Shown one piece after another: positions 63,643-64,000 of a DNA stretch of 64,000 nt. Source of the stretch: Eledone cirrhosa (taxonomy: Eukaryota); the NCBI GenBank assembly GCA_964016885.1, contig OZ024759.1, forward strand, positions 1,612,001 to 1,676,000, given 5' to 3'. The position numbers were made by a program, and so were the translations under genes. Below the pieces are notes generated by a model, which was given only the letters and a program-made list of their open reading frames with translations, ran no database searches and was not told the DNA's origin. Every line of letters begins with the position of its first letter. The first letter of the stretch is position 1.

Positions 63643-64000
63643 GTATTAGTAACATGACAAGGTCTATATTAGTAACATGACAAAGTCTATATTTGTAACA
63701 TGACAAAGTCTATATTAGTAACATGACACAGTCTATATTAGTAACATGACAAAGTCTATATTAGTAGCATAACAAAGTCTATATTAGTAACATGACAAAG
63801 TCTATATTAGTAACATGACAAAGTCTATATTAGTAACATGACAAAGTCTATATTAGTAACATGACAAAGTCTATATTAGTAACATGACAAAGTCTATATT
63901 AGTAACATGACACAGTCTATATTAGTAACATGACAGTCTATATTAGTAACATGACAGTCTACATTAGTAACATGACACAGTCTATATTAGTAACATGACA

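Larger units (their letters stand above)
1..64000. repeat. 23-bp tandem satellite array, consensus ATGACA(A/C)AGTCTATATTAGTAAC, ~2,786 monomers, single orientation, extends beyond both window ends
   Basis: ATG anchors recur every 23 bp (20, 43, 66...). From the first anchor (20) to the last (63995) is 63,975 bp, which equals 2,785 x 23 minus 80 (forty 21-bp monomers). Most monomers differ only at the A/C site at position 7, and the others carry 1-2 substitutions. Confidence 0.99.

Noticed and set aside
1-64000. CRISPR array (23 bp is at the low end of CRISPR repeat length)
   Set aside because: The repeats abut directly with no unique spacers, and there is no leader or cas gene.
1-64000. Long repetitive protein-coding ORF on either strand, including a DRT2/neo-like never-ending ORF
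   Set aside because: 23 is not a multiple of 3, so each monomer's stops (TGA, TAG, TAA on +; TAA, TAG on -) rotate through all frames. Open stretches are about 16 codons in consensus sequence and only a few tens at variants. The minus-strand ATG gives only MLLI*.
1-64000. Telomerase-type or reverse-transcriptase rolling-circle product (some yeasts have 23-bp telomere repeats)
   Set aside because: There is no G-rich strand (G and C are nearly equal). Variants are inherited in multi-kb blocks, which indicates DNA-level duplication rather than repeated copying of one short template. No enzyme gene is present.
1-64000. Plasmodium falciparum rep20-like subtelomeric repeat (a similar CTAT-TTAGT core, from memory)
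   Set aside because: rep20 is a degenerate 21-bp repeat, whereas this is a homogeneous 23-mer. A short AT-rich resemblance that I cannot verify is not enough for an assignment.
1-64000. Promoter elements (TATATT resembling a -10 or TATA box; ATGACA resembling -35 TTGACA)
   Set aside because: The spacing between the two hexamers is 5 or 28 bp rather than ~17, there is no downstream gene, and such matches are expected in an AT-rich monomer.
1-64000. Plasmid iterons or replication origin
   Set aside because: Iteron clusters have a few to tens of copies next to a rep gene. Here there are thousands of copies and no gene.
1-64000. Pure sequencing artefact (primer concatemer or rolling-circle read of one small circle)
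   Set aside because: Nested, exactly phased variant patterns at many different periods are not expected from random error or a single circular template. Only the copy number of the largest blocks remains in doubt.
1-64000. The A/C pattern as an encoded message or synthetic data storage
   Set aside because: The pattern is highly redundant and explained by nested duplications, with no adapters, indices or framing.

Overview
The whole 64 kb is one uninterrupted, head-to-tail, AT-rich (~28% GC) tandem array of a 23-bp monomer, consensus ATGACA(A/C)AGTCTATATTAGTAAC, with about 2,786 copies. It runs off both ends of the window and contains no unique sequence, inversion or spacer. I found no supportable protein-coding gene, RNA gene, mobile element or CRISPR array. 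All the information lies in the order of variant monomers. Rare variants used as landmarks show nested higher-order repeats: 230 bp, 759 bp, 1.6, 2.0, 2.2, 2.9, 3.5, 4.9 and 6.0 kb blocks, plus a 17,456-bp tandem duplication with no differences that I could see. Every spacing I measured equals n x 23 minus 4 bp per pair of 21-bp deletion monomers. The architecture resembles eukaryotic satellite or minisatellite DNA (inference; the organism cannot be identified). One curiosity is that each monomer reads as an 8-codon micro-ORF whose stop overlaps the next start (ATGA), but nothing here shows it is functional. The sequence alone does not support a claim of a new biological system.
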